From contig JAAOMT010000534.1 in assembly GCA_016748015.1 (NCBI GenBank), positions 189,428 through 253,427 on the forward strand: DNA of 64,000 nt, in the 5' to 3' direction. This stretch comes from Geosiphon pyriformis uo1 (lineage: Eukaryota > Fungi > Glomeromycota). The notes under the pieces were generated by a model, which was given only the letters and a program-made list of their open reading frames with translations, did not search any database and had not been told where the DNA came from. The translations under genes and the position numbers were made by a program. Positions within the stretch are counted from its first letter, which is position 1. Each line of letters begins with the position of its first letter. Shown piece after piece: positions 1-15,900 of this stretch.

Positions 1-3000
1 ATTATTAAAAATTTCTGAATAAGTAATATCTAATTTATTTTTAATATTATTTTTATAATCAAAATAACTTATATTAAAATTGTGTTTAGTTTTTACATAA
101 TTTATTAAATAAAAATAAAAATTTGTTATTCAAAAAAGTTTTTAATAGTACTATTATCAAAATTAATACTTTGTAAAAATGTATATTTAATAGAAAACTT
201 TTAAACATTTATATTACTACAAATACAATATAATAATAATACATAACTAAATTATTTGTTTATTTTACTAATAATCTTAAATAATATTGAAATAACTGGT
301 TATTTATAATAATTTATAGCCAAATAATTCAAGTTATTTACAAATAACTTGAATTATTTAAATTATTTTGGTTAATATATAAATTTATATATATAATTAT
401 TATTATTTATAAAATATATTGCAATATTTTTTGTTTTTTAAATAATTATAATTTTAATAATATAGTATTTTATACTTAATATTTAATAGTTCTTAAATTA
501 TCAGAATTTTAATAATACAGTTTATTGTACTTAATATTAAATTATTAAAATTTCAATAATACAGGATTTTGTACCCAATATTTTGTATTTCTCAAATTAT
601 TAGAAATATTTTTTTACAAAAAACTTTGCAATAATAATTTTTTTATTTGGTTGAATCTGTAACAAAAAAACTTTGTTTTTAATATAGTTGACTGTTATTA
701 TAAAGTCAAATATTATTAGCTATTTTCTAAATGCACATCTTTTAAAATTTATACGAAAAATTTAGTTTCTAAAGTATTTATTTAGAAAAATTTTTATATT
801 ATATACTGTACATAAAGAATATTAAAATCTGTTATTTATTTTTAATATATTGTTTTTTAGAGAAATTCAATTAAATTGTTATTTAAAACCAATAAAATTA
901 TTTGATTTAACAATATTTCAAAAATATTTACCTATTAAGTGTCAAAAAAATTTATATTGTTTTACTCATATGAGATATATTGAATCAGTAAATACATAAA
1001 TTTAATAGCAAAATATTTTTACAAAAATGGTTGCAATATTTATTATTCATTTTTAAGTATATAATTTTTATAAAAATTTTTTTTGTAATATTTTGATTTT
1101 TGAAATAATATAGTTTCGCTTTAAATTAAACAAAACATAAAATTTGAAAATAAAACATATTATTTAAAATTTTGAAACTCTTTTAAGTTATCTGAATTGA
1201 TATTCTAAATTTTTTATTATAAAATTATTTTATCCATAGTAATATTTTAATAACTGCTTTAATTTATTAGCTTAAAATATGATTAATTTTTGTTACTTAA
1301 AATTTTAAAAATTAAAAATGATTTATTAATAAAGCATTCTAAAATTTTAAATATTTATAATTATGTTTTATTTATTATTTAAAACAGTCATATTTGGATT
1401 TATAAATTTTTAAAATAGAAAATTTAGCAATAATTGTTGATAAAAAATTAAATTTCGTTATTAAAAAACTTCAATATTTAAACAACAAATCTCATCACAA
1501 ATAACATTACAGTAAATTGGCTACCACTTTTAAATAAAATTATATGTATAAAATAACAATTGAAACTTTTAATTAACAAATTAAATGGTCAATAGTATAT
1601 TAAATTGAGTAATAATTGTTAATTTGTGTTCATGTGATAATAAAAAAGGTATTACTTTTGTGGGGTTTTTAAAAGCTTAAAATTAATTAAAGCTTGATAA
1701 ATTAATTAGACTTACTAAATAATAAAAAATGAATTAATTTGGTTAAAGACTAATGTAATAATTCATAAAACTACTAAAAACAATATATTTTGATTATGGC
1801 AATTCATTAAGTTACACAAATATGATATTCGAAAAGACCAAGATTAAAACTTCAAATTGAATATAAAATTTTCAATGATAACAAATTTATTTGACTTATA
1901 ATAAAATTACAAAAAAGTACAGAATAAAAAAAGGGAAGAACTAAATATCAAAAAGCTGCTTTTTGGCAATCCCACTTTTCCAGATTACAAGTCAGTTTAT
2001 ATTTATATCTATTTTGTATGATAAATTATTTACTATTTAATTGATTAATAATTCAAATAATAATTATTACTAACTATTAATCAAAATATTAATTGCAAAT
2101 ATTAGATACATCTTATTAAACTGTGGTTGGATTATTTTTAACTGCAGTCTTATATTAACATCCTTAAGCTATTTTTAATGTAATTGCCAATTATTTTGAA
2201 ATTTTTCAAATTATTTTAATCCGTTGATCATCACGGATCCCGATGATCTGTCGATTTTTTTTTTTATTTCTTTGGTTATTTAATGATCCAATAAGATGAT
2301 AGTTTTTTACGGTTATTATCTATTTTTGGGTCATATCATTTTATCGTATAACAAAACCAGGAACATATTAGGATCTACAAGATCAACGAGATCTACATGG
2401 AGAATGTGAAAATTACACCCGAGTTAATATTATTCTAATTGCAACAACGCACACAGGCACACAAAACCCAAAGAACAAATTACTCTGGTAATCAAACTTA
2501 ATAAAATAGATTCTGTGTTATATTAGAAATAATTAAGTCTTTTTTAATCTTTCTAATATTTTTTTAATTTAAAATGATTTTGTAAGCAAAGTTATACTTG
2601 TCTTACTAAATAAACATTTAGACTTTTTTTGACTAAAAGATTGATTTTATGTTTCTTATCAAAATATTTTTCAACTTTGATATCACTCATTTTTTTTAAT
2701 ATTTTTTGTAAAATAAAAAATTCCAAACCAATTTTGTAAGAGAAAAGCCAAATGTATAGGTATTTTGAGTTTTTTCTGTGTCGGTTTAAAATATATGGAT
2801 TATCTTTTTTTATTATAATTATTGTTGAATGATATTGTTTTGGTTTAATCTTTCTAAAAATTATCATTATTATTGTTATGATTATTATCAATTCATTTTA
2901 AGTTCAATTAAACTTTTTAAATAGGAAAAGATATAAAAATTATTCAATGATTTCTATTGTAAACCTTTAGCTTTATAAAATTCGACATCGTGGCAGCCTA

Positions 3001-5021
3001 TTAAAAATCTCACTGATTTTAATTATTTGTATCACTTTTGAAATTTACAATGAATTTACTTTTTATTTTTACCAGTATAAATAAGAATGACATTATTTTT
3101 TTTAAAACTTAAAATTATTGTTCAATCCAATCCATTATTTTGGGAAAGCCTTTTAATTTCAATCTTGAATCAAAAAAGTACAAAATAGCAGAGTTTTCTT
3201 TTTAAAAAACCATAAAGATAATTGCAATTAATAATAAAATTTTTACAATAGATTTTATATTTTTAATATTAGAGAACTATTTTATTGATTGCATATTTTG
3301 GGAGAAATTTTCTGTCTAGTGTTTTTCAAAATGTCAAATAAAAAACCTACAATTGATTTTTCTAAAAAACAAATGGATATTTAATCTTAAAAAATTTGAT
3401 TTGAATATATTGTATTTTTTTGATTTTATATTTATGATAAATTACATAAGTAAAAAGTTATTTATTTCAAATATCAAGCAATAATTTATTTATTTTACAA
3501 CTTTTTATAAAAAACTATTAATAAACTATATCTTTTACTTTTATAAAAGCAAAAAAATATAAAAGAATTTTTATTCATTAATTTTTATTAATAGTTTTTG
3601 TTATATAAAGGTTGGAGATGATAGATTTCCTGAATTTAAAGTTACAGTTTATACGATACAATATTAAAATTAAAGCTAAAAAATTTCCAGATAATTAATA
3701 TTTATAAATTATTTAAATGAAAGTTTAATTATTTAAGATGAAACTCGCAATTGAATCAGATTTATATGTAATAAACAATTCTAACTTTTGCAAAAGCAAT
3801 AATTCTAATTAATATTATAAATTTTTGGTATAAAGGAAATAAAAAAAGTTTCTCAAAATTAATCATTAGAACTTAAAAAATTAGCATCTATACAACTTTT
3901 ATTAAAAGATCAAAAGTTGTTTACCTAAACTATTATTAATTTTTCTTATAATATCATAAATTTTTTAATTTTTGCTGTTAAATTAAATACAAATAATGAT
4001 TAAAACTGAAACTTCTACAATTTTGCTTAGTTACTTAAAAATGATTTGTTTTATTCATTTATGGATTGGTTTTAAACCTTTTCTTTAATTCTGGCTATGT
4101 CTGATTAATGGAAGTTTTTATTTATTTATTATAGTTAAATTGTTAACTGACATAAGAGTGGCAACTTTAATTAAAAATTAAAAAAATTAAATTGTTGTTT
4201 TTCATTTTTATTTATATTAAAATCTTGATATTAAATAGATTAAACTTTAATTAAAATATTATGTAAAAAGTTTATATTAGATTAATTAATTATGTTATAT
4301 TAATGTGAATAATTTCTATTACTAAAAACTTTTTTTTGACTAAGTTGACTCAAATATCTCTAAATATCAAATATAAATTTAATTTTTAATTTTATATAAA
4401 CAATATTTATCAGACAAAATAAAATAAATTGCATAAGAATATAGATCGAAAACCTTTTTTATGTTATTCAAAGATTCCTCAATCTCCAAAAAATAAATCT
4501 ATGTTGTTATTAACTTGAAAATTTACATTCTTCTTATGGAACACTAAATATTATTTTTGGAAAAAATATATTAAATCGCTTCGAATTTTAAAAATAGAAA
4601 CCTGAAATTTTCTAGATAATGATAATAAATAAATAAATTGATCATATCAAAAAATTAATTTATTCAACAAAATTTATTTATTAGAAAAAGAGTTTAAATT
4701 TTATTCAAGACATTGAATTCAAGTACCCTTGTTATAATAAATACTTTTGAGTTTAACTATATGAATTAAATGCTTAGTTATTTTACAATTATAAATAACA
4801 TAAATTAATTACAATATAACATGTTGTAACGTTACTTTGACTTGCGTTTAGATAAATTAACGTTCAATAATATAAGTTTTTGTTTTAGTTCTTTCAAAGT
4901 TTAGATTAGATTGTGACCATTTTGTAATTGGCTTAAATTTAAAATTATTATTAATAAATGTGTGCATGAATTGTATATTAACAAAAATGTGTTTTGAAAT
5001 TATATTTAATATTTTGAATAT

Positions 5022-5665
5022 ATGTATTGTTTCACTATATCCATCCATTTATTTATTTATTGCATTGTTTGTTTGTTTATTTGTTTGTTTATTTGTTTGT
5101 TTTTGCCAGTAATTTATCTATTTCTTCTGTTGTAAGCTATCTATGATTTATAATTAATACAATTGCTTATTAAGTATTACACAAATTTTGAGGGGAGAAT
5201 CTTTACTGCCCTCAATGTCTAGCGTAAAAGGTAAATACTAAGCCCAATAAAAAAATAGTGACCAATCCTAACACAATTAAATAGGCACACGATTCGGCTG
5301 CATTGCCTCAAATCGACCGAACACTAATCCAATGAACGAAGGGTGGTCATTCACAGCAACAACCAGTTTTTTTTTTCTAAACTCTTTGAACCCAAAAAAT
5401 ATCACAGAATATTCTTGAGACGGGAAAAAAAAGAAGTTTTCTAAAAGAAATTTCAAAACTTTATTCATATTTTAGGTTTGATCAACATGCCAAGAATATC
5501 AAAAGCTCATTACCAAATAATTGAAACAGATGGTTCTGTGTACTTCACATAAATATATTGAAAAGGGCTTGACCAAAAAAACACTTTTAAAGGATCTTTT
5601 GTGTAATTTTTAAATAAATTAAAAAACTTTTTTAACCATAATTAAGCTTGGCTGATGGGAAATAG
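5022..5665 (+). CDS. Candidate multi-exon small protein with hydrophobic N-terminus (missed by ORF track)
   Basis: Phase-compatible GT..AG introns (donor gtaagc 5132; gtaaat..ctaac..aaatag; gttttt..ttttag; gtactt..taag) join short exons into ...VIYLFLLFITQILRGESLLPSMSSVKGTRFGCIASNRPNTNPMNEGWSFTATTSLINMPRISKAHYQIIETDGSVLADGK*. Local GC is higher than the flanks. No family recognised; both ends uncertain. Confidence 0.3.
5047..5103 (+). repeat. (TTTA/TTTG)n microsatellite
   Basis: Direct reading: tttatttatttat...tttgtttgtttatttgtttgtttatttgtttgt. Confidence 0.8.
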
Positions 5666-7245
5666 TAAAAAATTCGACAGGAAAAATTGTTAACCTTAAA
5701 ACCAAAATATAAAGCAAAAACCCTCAATTATAAATAATAATTAATGAAAAAATAAATAAATAAATAAAAATAAAATAATAATTTGCTTTTCCTCTCGAGA
5801 AATATGAAAAATTAATAAATCAAGTTCTTCTATGTAAAATTCCCTATCTAGAAATAAAACTTTCAAACTGGTTTTTCTTCATGTATTCAATAATTAATAG
5901 GTACATTGAAGCTTGGTAAGATGAAGATTTTCAGATCCTAACGATTGATTACTCCAGACATTTTCGTTTTATATTTTTTAGCTATTCCTTGTGTTAATGC
6001 ATCTTTCAATACATTTTCTGAAAAAAAAGTCGTGAACAACAAATATTCTTTAATAAATCTTCCAAAGGAAGGTATAAGTAAAATAAAAATTCACCAAGTC
6101 GATGACACGCAAGGAAGTTAATCCCTTATACTTCTATCTAGCTATATATAGGAAAACTCTAACCATTTCCAGGCTCTGCATAAATCTTTTTTTAAATTAA
6201 CTGAAAAACTCCCATAATCCCGATTGAGTCTTATGGTGTGTTCAAAGTAGATATTTTTACAAAAGAAGGTTTAAGAATTTTGATTAAAATGTTCATATGT
6301 TAAATTTATAATAAATTTTATAACTTGAAAATTCAATGTTCAATTCCAGAATTATTTCTTCACCCTATCTTTTTCAGCTTATATTTAATTTAAGATTTTT
6401 CTCAAAGCCAAGAGGCAATTTCTTGGATATGACAATTTGCTAACTTGTGAGCCCAATTCCATATAACTTTGTACATGATGAATTCCCAATGTGATTACCA
6501 AGTTTTGATAGCCTTATAAAATATATATTTTGTCTGAAAATAAAACACCAAAGTTTGAGGAGATTTCCGTTCCATTTTATTTGTGTTCAGTCTAAATAAT
6601 GCCTAATTGATTGAGAAGCAGGATAATTTTTATAAAATATAAAGGATAATATTAATTGTAGTTAAGTAAGCAAAGAAAATTTAGGCAAGATTTGCGATAT
6701 AATTCGGACAAAAAGTTAAGCTTTTAAAAAACTATTTTGTCCGAGAAATCTCACATTTATGCCCAAATTCGGGAATTCATTTGTAAAGCATAAAGATTTT
6801 CCGTAAATTTTGGCTACCGGATTAGGATTCCATTGTCAAAACGAACGAATGAGATTTTCTACAATGATTCCGAGCGGCTTAAAAAGTTGTGAGACTAAAA
6901 TCAGTAGCACAGATCAGTTATTCGTTCTATCTGAAGGCTTATCAATTTCCATAAGCACCAATAAAAATTCGTTCAATTGACGAGTTATTCCCATAGATTT
7001 TTTTTTTTTGGAGAGGTAAATACAATTTCTTATTTCCTATTTTATATTCGAAGTTTTTAAAGGTAACGCTTAAATGTAAAAATAGAGAAATATTGTGTCG
7101 CTGGATCAAAACCTTAGAATTACAAATCGGCTCAAATATGTCAAAATGAAAGCTTGGGGGATGCATAATAAAGTGTATTAAATTGAGAAATCAAATAAAG
7201 TTTTGTCATAATAAATGAGTTTCGTGTTAAGATTCAAATGCCATT

Positions 7246-7975
7246 CTAAATTGCATTCATTTGGTTAACACTGAAAGGAATTTGAAAAAATGATTGAATG
7301 CCTGGAGGATGGTTGTTGTGCTTCACAAAAACGTTTTGCTCTAACGTATTCTCAGGCATGGGAGTTGGATCGAAAATCTCTTGTTGATATATTGGACAAC
7401 GAGTTTGTCCCAAATTGTTGAGCATGAAGTTTGGGTTCATATTCTCTTGAAATTTGGCTGGTATGAACTCTTTTGAATTGGAGTTATCAATGCCAGTGGC
7501 AATCTCAACAAGAGCCTTCAAATCCTCCAAGGAAGTGTCAGATAAAGCACTAGCAGACAACCATTTATTTTGCTTTTCTTCAGTTGGATTTTTTTCGTTT
7601 ATGTGAAATTGAGTGGTCAAAAAATTCTTCTTGAAAATTTATTTTCAACAAATTGTGAGAAAAAATTTGTTTTTTTTACAATTATTTTACAAATTTATCA
7701 CTTACACATTTTGCAATGGGGTTATACTGTTCGGTGGATTTTCCAATGGAATTCACCAAATGTTCGATTCCTTTAAAACTGCCCGACATTATTTTTATGG
7801 ATTTTATACTTTCTTTGCATGTAGGGCATTTTCGATCATCCATAGAAATGTCAACACAGGTTTTTGGATCCTCTCCTGATGTACAATTTTCTTGTAAAAG
7901 CTTAACGCCTTGCATTCTAGGGTTTAAAGCGCGAGTTTTTGGTGAATAGGGATTTCGTAATGTGTTGTCCAACAT
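7246..7975 (-). CDS. Hypothetical two-exon protein (contains a CxxC, KCPTCK)
   Basis: ORFs 7682..7975 and 7246..7620 join in phase 0 through TGT|gtaagt...ttcaag|AAG. Coding-like composition. Confidence 0.6.
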
Positions 7976-8271
7976 AATTACCCATAAAAAGTGAAAGGCT
8001 TTATGTTTTTCGGTTATGTTTTATGATATAAATTTAAATCGATATTTTTAAAGAAGTCTTGCATAACGAAAACCTAGAATGCAAGGAGGGTCTGATCAAG
8101 CAAGTAATGATGAGCCTTTTCAATATTGCTCTATTTATTAATTTCGTAAAATCACCAAATCTCAATAAATGTAACAATCTAATCATAAAAATAGAAAATC
8201 TTTTTATTTAAGTCCTATAAAAAGATAGCTTTATAAGTTTTAATCTTCCATCAGCAATCAGCAATCGGCAG

Positions 8272-8295
8272 TATATATATATATATATATATATA
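8272..8295 (+). repeat. (TA)n microsatellite
   Basis: About 12 TA units read directly. Confidence 0.9.
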
Positions 8296-9949
8296 CTATC
8301 TTTAGGCTTAAAACCTTAAGAAAAATCAAAAGATTCGATGGGAATTTCAAAGTCCACAAAAATTGAAAATTCCTAATTTTTTTTCCAATTTTGTCTTACC
8401 TTTGTTTCTGTTATAACTGGTGAAACAAATCTTTTTTGACCAAGAAAAATTACGAAACAGGATAAAATGTACAAAAGTTTCCCGAATCCAAAGTCACTTG
8501 CTAATACTGATTAATCTAATATATTAATTCCTCAAGTGATTTTTAATGTATGACTAAAACTTAAAAATTTTCTGTAGAAAAATAATGGGGCTTTTTTGAC
8601 TAGCGATTGAGTTTTCTTGATAAAAATATCACCATTATGCTTATCGACAATTGGACCCGTTCCAGGAGCACTATGTTTTCTTTATATGATTACTTAATTT
8701 ATTGAAAGAATAAATGGATTTAGAAAAAAATGCTGATGTGATCTTTTGTGAAGATCTCAGTGTAGATTTGAATTACAGCGCGTACGAGTTGAAAAACCTC
8801 TCAATAAATAAAACAAAAAAAAAGATGGGATGACCAGCAAACTGCATCATTGCCAACCTAAGTTCCATTAATAGAAGATAGGTAATGACTTCTATTCAAT
8901 TTTGCAAACATAGTACTGATATACAATGTTTAATTTTTAGTAACTTTTTGTGTAAATCTCAACAGCATGAATGCTTTGTCAAGAGGCAAAAATCTCATCT
9001 CTTAAGAAACAGTATTGTAAACTGAAAAATAAACACTCTAATTATTTTAAAAAAAGTTTCTTGAATTAATAATTTATTGGAGGATTAATTTATTAAATGA
9101 ATAAAAATTATTCTGACTTTTACATTAAATTTTATTCTATCAATTTCTTTTCAAACAAAAAAACGATTGGTATAAAAATTTTTTGGATTATCGAAGGACT
9201 TTTAATGATTCTATTTTTGTCAAATGATATAGTAGAATTTCTTTGATAACTATTGGTTTCTACCTCTTAATTCAAGAATTGTTCCCCCTTTAATACTCTT
9301 ACTGTAGAAAAAATAATATAAAAACATTCAGAGCTATATTTGTAAAATTAGGAACACATTTCTGCTATATAAAAATTTTATTTCTTCTTGTCTTCGGGTG
9401 TTTGGATGATAAAAAAAATCATTTAATAGTCATTTGCTTGGAAAATATTTAGTCTGCTGCCATGTGAACATAAAATATCAGATTTTTGGTAAAAAATTTG
9501 CTGACTTACACGAATGAAAAAAATTTAGGTTTGAAAAAAAGACTCGAGCCATTAGTTGATCATTACCCAGGTTTGTTGTAACCGTCAAGGTTTTTTTCTA
9601 CCCGGTTCTAACCAAAAGGAGTAACCAATTGTTGACATCCGTACAGAAATTAAATTACACAAATATTTGTCGGATAAAAGATTTATAATCAGATTAACAT
9701 AAATAATGTCACGTTGTCATAACTGATAAAACAATGATTATTGATGTCGGAGAAGATCAGCAGCTTTGTTCAATCAAATCGATCAGATTTTCACCCACAA
9801 GTGCTTTGCGTTATTTAACATGAGAAAGCTTCACGCTTCCGCAATTAATAAATCAGTGGGCCCTCAGATTAACGCTAATTATTGAATAATAATAATAATA
9901 ATAACTCTATAATTCAACAAATTGAGAATCAATTTTGTAAAATATATTT

Positions 9950-12900
9950 TTAGAAAATTTTAGATAAAATCCAAAAAGAATTTGTTTTTTATGCTTAATA
10001 AAAAATAATAATAATTCTATAATATAATTGATAATTTCAATACAAAAATATCAAAACAAAATTTACTATTTTATGTTAATAGCAAGCTGAATTGCATTTT
10101 GTTTTTCATGTAATTAATATTTCAGACTTATTAGTCTTTTATTTTTTATTTTTAATCTGATTGTTAAATTTTTTAAAAGATTAATATAAAACTTTTTTTA
10201 AGCTACAAAAAAAGTATAAAACATTGAATATATTTTTTATATTTTTTATAATTATTTTTCTTAATAACTAATTTATTAGCTGAAACATAAAACATTTAAG
10301 TTGATTAGCTTTTTTAACATTGAATAAATTATTATCTAAACTTTAAATTATTAAAAATTATTTTTAAAATTTACAAATTACAAATTCATATTATTTGATG
10401 TAAATTATATTTACTTGTAATATTAAATTTTATGTTTGCAACATAAAAAATTAATTAATTTTTTTTTCAAAATAGATTAAAAATCTTTAAAATTTTACAT
10501 AAATTATTCACAACTTTTAAAATTATTCATTTATTTTATTGTTAAAAAACTGAATTTTAAATTAGAATACAAACCAATATTTAAAAAACATAAATTCAAT
10601 TTGCTTAAATTATTTTTAGTCAATGTTTTATTAATTTAGATATTCTAAAATAAAGTTTTAATACAAATTATTGCGAAAATTATTATCTTTAATACATCTT
10701 AATATTATTTTTATAATATATATAAAAATTAAAAAATATGCCGTTTTTATTTATTTATCAAATCTTTAACACAAATAAACATGCTACACATATTAATATA
10801 ATATTTTTTTTAAAAGAATGCTTAATCATTGGTGTCATAGATTATCTATTATATAATCATATCAAACAGGCGGGTGGTTAAAACAATAACTATCCGAAAT
10901 CTGGCAATTTTAGTATGAGAAAGCAATGTAACATTAACAAAAGCAATAATTTTAGTTGTATTGCTGTGACTGTGGCACTAAAAGTGCTTAATAATTTCAT
11001 GTTTCGATATTATTGATTAGGTAAATGGGCGGAAAGACAAAATATATGACGGTGGAATGTTATGTAACATAAAAGTAAATAAATAATATTTACATATTGC
11101 CAGAATATTATCAAATTATTAGATAAAATAGAAAATAAGAAATTTATAATTTATAATTTTTTTCCTTTATTTTTTCATGGCTAAATGATTAGTAAAAGAA
11201 TAATATAGTTAATTATCAATTTATAAAAAACACCCTTATCATTTCAAGATAAATTCAAAAAGTTTTAAATAATCTCTTATTTATAAATGCATCTTTGTAG
11301 TTTTAATGTTTTATTAACAATTATAGCATTTAATAAAAAATGCTTAAATATTAAAATATGTGAATAATAATAAAAGTTTTTTCTTTAATCTAAAAATTAT
11401 CATCTCATAATTTTGAAATGAAATAATTTTTTTTAAATACGCTGTTACTGGAAAAATTAGCATTATAGTTTAGGTAATTTTATGCGTTAGGATGGTTATT
11501 TTGTTATTGGTTTTTGGCCGTATGTCTGCTAATAGTTTTCTGTTTGTACGCTAATATAATTTTTGCTTAGGTTATAATGTATTCTGCTTCTTATGTAATT
11601 AAATCTTTTTGATTTCAATTGGTTTTTTTAAATACTTTTTCTTTTTAATTTAAAAGTAGTAACAAATTTATTATAAACTCTTTGTTAAATGTCTAAAAAT
11701 TTGTTGTTCAAATACTGCCGCATTTTTTATTTTAAAAATTTTTATATTTATAACTATTTCTTTAAATTTTTTAAATTAAGACTGTTTCTAAGACTATATT
11801 AAACTATTTCTCAGGTCAATTTTTCTAATGCAATTGCATAAAAAAATAAAAATTTTGTATTCAAAGTATTTTTAATTTTCATAATTTATATTAGTGTCTC
11901 AAATTGTATATTTTTAATTATTAAATTTCAGTTTAAATTTCGGTTTATTTTGTTTTTTATTAAACAAATGAATAATTAATGCATTTTTTTGAAAAAATAA
12001 TCGCTTCTTATACAAAATTTAAGAAAATCTATTTAATCTTTAGCAATTTTATTTTAAATCTTAAAATTCTGGGTATTACATGCTGTATTTAATTATTTTT
12101 TGTTGATTAATGTTAAGAAAAATCAATTAATAGTATTTGCTAATTAAAACTAAATGATTAATGTTGAATAATACAATTGAATTGGGTCTGGTCTTTAACT
12201 AAGCATTAGAAAAACAGATAATTAGATAAACTTGTTTAATGTTAAAGTTGTTTCGATATTCACAAATAAATCTGTAAAAAATATGAATTCTAAAACAGTT
12301 TCTGGTAGTACAATAGTGAACTTTGCCAATATAAACAAAGAAATTGGTATTGGTATAAAAAAAGCAATATTGTTAATGTTAACAGAATTGACAGCTGACT
12401 TTAAAATGTGTACCTAAAAGCAAATATATATTATATTTATAAATAGTAGTATTATTACTAATATTTATAAATCTGAGATTGTAAATTCTAAATCCAATTA
12501 TAAAAACAAATACTAAATAAAAAATACAAGATTATGAACTTAATATTAAATAAAAACTTTTAGCATATTAGAATAAAATTAAAATAAATAAAATAAAATA
12601 AGTTAACAAATTATTTAATAATTAATACTATAATATTAAAATTTAAGCTGTTATATAAAATTATAAATAAACATTTAAAAAACAAAAAATTTTAACTTTT
12701 TTGGTAATTTTTAATATTTAGGTTTATACAACTAATTATACCAAATGGAAATTAAAATATGCTTAAAAATTTCTAAATATAAACTTAAATATATTATTAA
12801 AATATTTTATAAAAGGTTTTTTATAATAATACAAAAAATGTGTATAATATAAGTTTTAAAATATAGTTTATTTAAAATGTAAAAAAGCTAAAATATTTAA

Positions 12901-15900
12901 CTATATATTTAACATTAAAATTAGAATAAACATAATTATTAAGCATAAATTAATTTAATTTAAAGTCTTAAAATTAAATCAGATATTTTAAGCGTTTAAT
13001 TAACTTGTTTATATTTAAAAATATATATAAATTAATATAAAAACTTTGCTTTACATAATTTTAATTAAAAGTTTTGTGTTAAATAACTAATATTAAGAAG
13101 CTTATAAGATTTATAAATATAGAAAATAATAACAATAAATATTATAAAGTTTATTAGATTACTTTTTTTTAAATACTAAATAAATAAATATATTTTAATA
13201 AATAAATAAAAATAAAAATAATCTAAAAATTAAACTATAATTTTAATAATAAATATTTTTCTGTTGAATTAGCTTAATTATTTTCTAAAAAAAAGATTAA
13301 ATATATTTTATTATATGTATTTTTATTTACAATAGAATTTATAATATCTAATAAAATTATTTCTCTAAAAAATTATTAGTAATCTGATCAAAAGATAAAA
13401 TATAATTGGTTAAAATTTATTTATTAATAGTTAATATTATATATACAATATTTAAACATGTTAAATATAACATTTTACTAACTTCTGTTTTTTAGATCTC
13501 TAAAAAACTTTTTATTTAATATTTTTTTTCTATTTAGTGAGTTAAAATATTAAAATTACATAAATCAAATCATTTTTTTAATTAAGATAGTATTTTTACT
13601 TGTGGTTATAACAATATATAATATTATTATAATATTATTAATTATATATACAGTTATGTTTTAAAATAATATTTGATTTTAGATTATATTTACAATAGAA
13701 AATTGGGTATTATTTTAAAATATAATTGTATAATTAATATTTATTAGAATAAAATAACTGATATTACAAATAACAATTATTAGATAAAATCATAATAGTT
13801 TTTAGTATTAATTTGTATTTATATTAAAAATACTAAATCTATTTTTTTTGTTTTATTATTATTTTTTTAAGATAACTACTAATAACAAATTTAATTTAAT
13901 AAATAAATAACCCAAAAAGATAAATATCTAATTATTAATTTTATAATAATATAATTAAAATTTATTTTATAAACTAAAAAAATATTTGGTTTTGCTAAAG
14001 TACTATTATAAAATATAGTATTAAATATCTTTAAAAAAAAACTGCTAATAATAAAAAACAAAAAGCTATATAATAAATATTTTTGTTTGCCAATTTTTTT
14101 TGAATTAAACTAAGCAATTACAATATTAATATTGTAATATTAAATGAATTATATTTATTTTTCTGATAATTTAATCAAGATTAAAGCAATAAAGTTTGCA
14201 TAAATATTGAAAATTTCAATTAAAAAAAGATTAGTATTTTTTAATAAATAGTTAAATTTATTTTTAACATATTATAAATTTTGCTAATTTAAACTATATG
14301 TTAAAAGTATAGATACAAATATTATAAGCATAACAACATTACTTTTAAAATTACAAGCAAAGATATTTAAGTTTATTTATAATATAAATAAAATTAACTT
14401 TTCTTTTAAATAAGTCTAAATTAAATAATTATTACTTACTAAATAAAGAGTTATAAACATAATAAGTTTTGTATTATTGTAGTATTTGTTACAAATATTA
14501 ATAAATTTTATTATTATTATTATTATAATATTAAGACATAAATTATAAAAATTCTTTTTAGTAAATAGTTTAAGAAATTTAATTGAAAAATAACTAAGCA
14601 TAAATATAATGTTTTATTACTATTAAATAATATATTATTATATATTTTAATCAATATAAAATTAAAAAGCATTAAAATATATATGCTTTTTTTAAATATT
14701 AATATTATTGCAATATTTAAGTATTATTATTATGCTTATTAGTTTGTATATATTATTAATCAATATAATATTAATATATAAAAATTTTTATTATATTAAC
14801 TTATTTTAAGCAATTTATTAAATTTAAAAATATTGATTTGATATTAATACATATATTATTCAAATTGTTAATATTATTTTAATTTAATAGAAATTATATA
14901 ATATTAAATTAAAATAAAAACAGAAAAAAAAGTCACAGAAACATTAATATTAAGAAAATTGAAAAAATTAATATTGAATTATATAAGCATGAAAAATTTG
15001 TTTAAATTACAAATATAGTATGTTAATTAAATAATAATGATAAAATTTATAAAATAACAATTAATAATTTATATTATGTACAATATATTCTCAAAAAATT
15101 TATTAAAACTAAAAAAAAATCATATATACAAATTTCTTTTAATCATTATTGATTAATAATATAATATAATTATAATTTTTAATATAGTCATATAAAATTT
15201 ATTTTTTTAAACTAATATATATATAAAAATTTATTATAATTTATTAATTATTATTTAATAGAAAATATTGATTATTACTATTTAATTGTTTTTAAAATTA
15301 GTTAATTTATTAATTATTACAGATTATTATTTATAAGAAAATTAGAAAACAATAACTTGAAAAATGATCATAAAGATAGTTTTATTATAAGTTCTATTAT
15401 ATATATTAAATTAAATATTAATAATAATAAAATTATAATTGTTTTTGTATAATATTGTTTTAAAACAACTATAAATAGTTATTTATATATTAAAAATACA
15501 TAATTTATATTTATAATTATTATAAATAATTAAAGTAAATAATAAAAAAATCTTATTTTGTTAAAAAAATTAAGAAAAAGTTTATTTGAATTTTTTAATA
15601 TTATTGTAATAATAATTAATTAATTTTAAAGTTATTTATTAATTTTTATTGAAATTTATGTTTTTTAAATAATATTTAAATTAAATTTTAACATTATTTT
15701 TTTTGTTATAACTTTAAATATATTTTTTATTAATATTTATATAATTAAAATAATTTTTTTGTTAAAACTCACAAATTATTTTTTAGTTTAATAAAATTTT
15801 AAACATTTAAATATAATAAAAAATCTTTTAAAAATTTATTTTTATAATATTAATCATAACTGCTATAAATTTTTTATTTTAAAAACAATTTTTAACAGAA

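Noticed and set aside
5487-5600. IIETDGSV resemblance to ribosomal protein bL31 or an organellar insertion
   Set aside because: Match too short, frame closes immediately, and the segment is flanked by spliceosomal signals
5647-5712. GGC-TGA-TGG as possible selenocysteine readthrough
   Set aside because: An alternative splice phase gives a normal stop-terminated frame; no selenoprotein motif or SECIS recognisable
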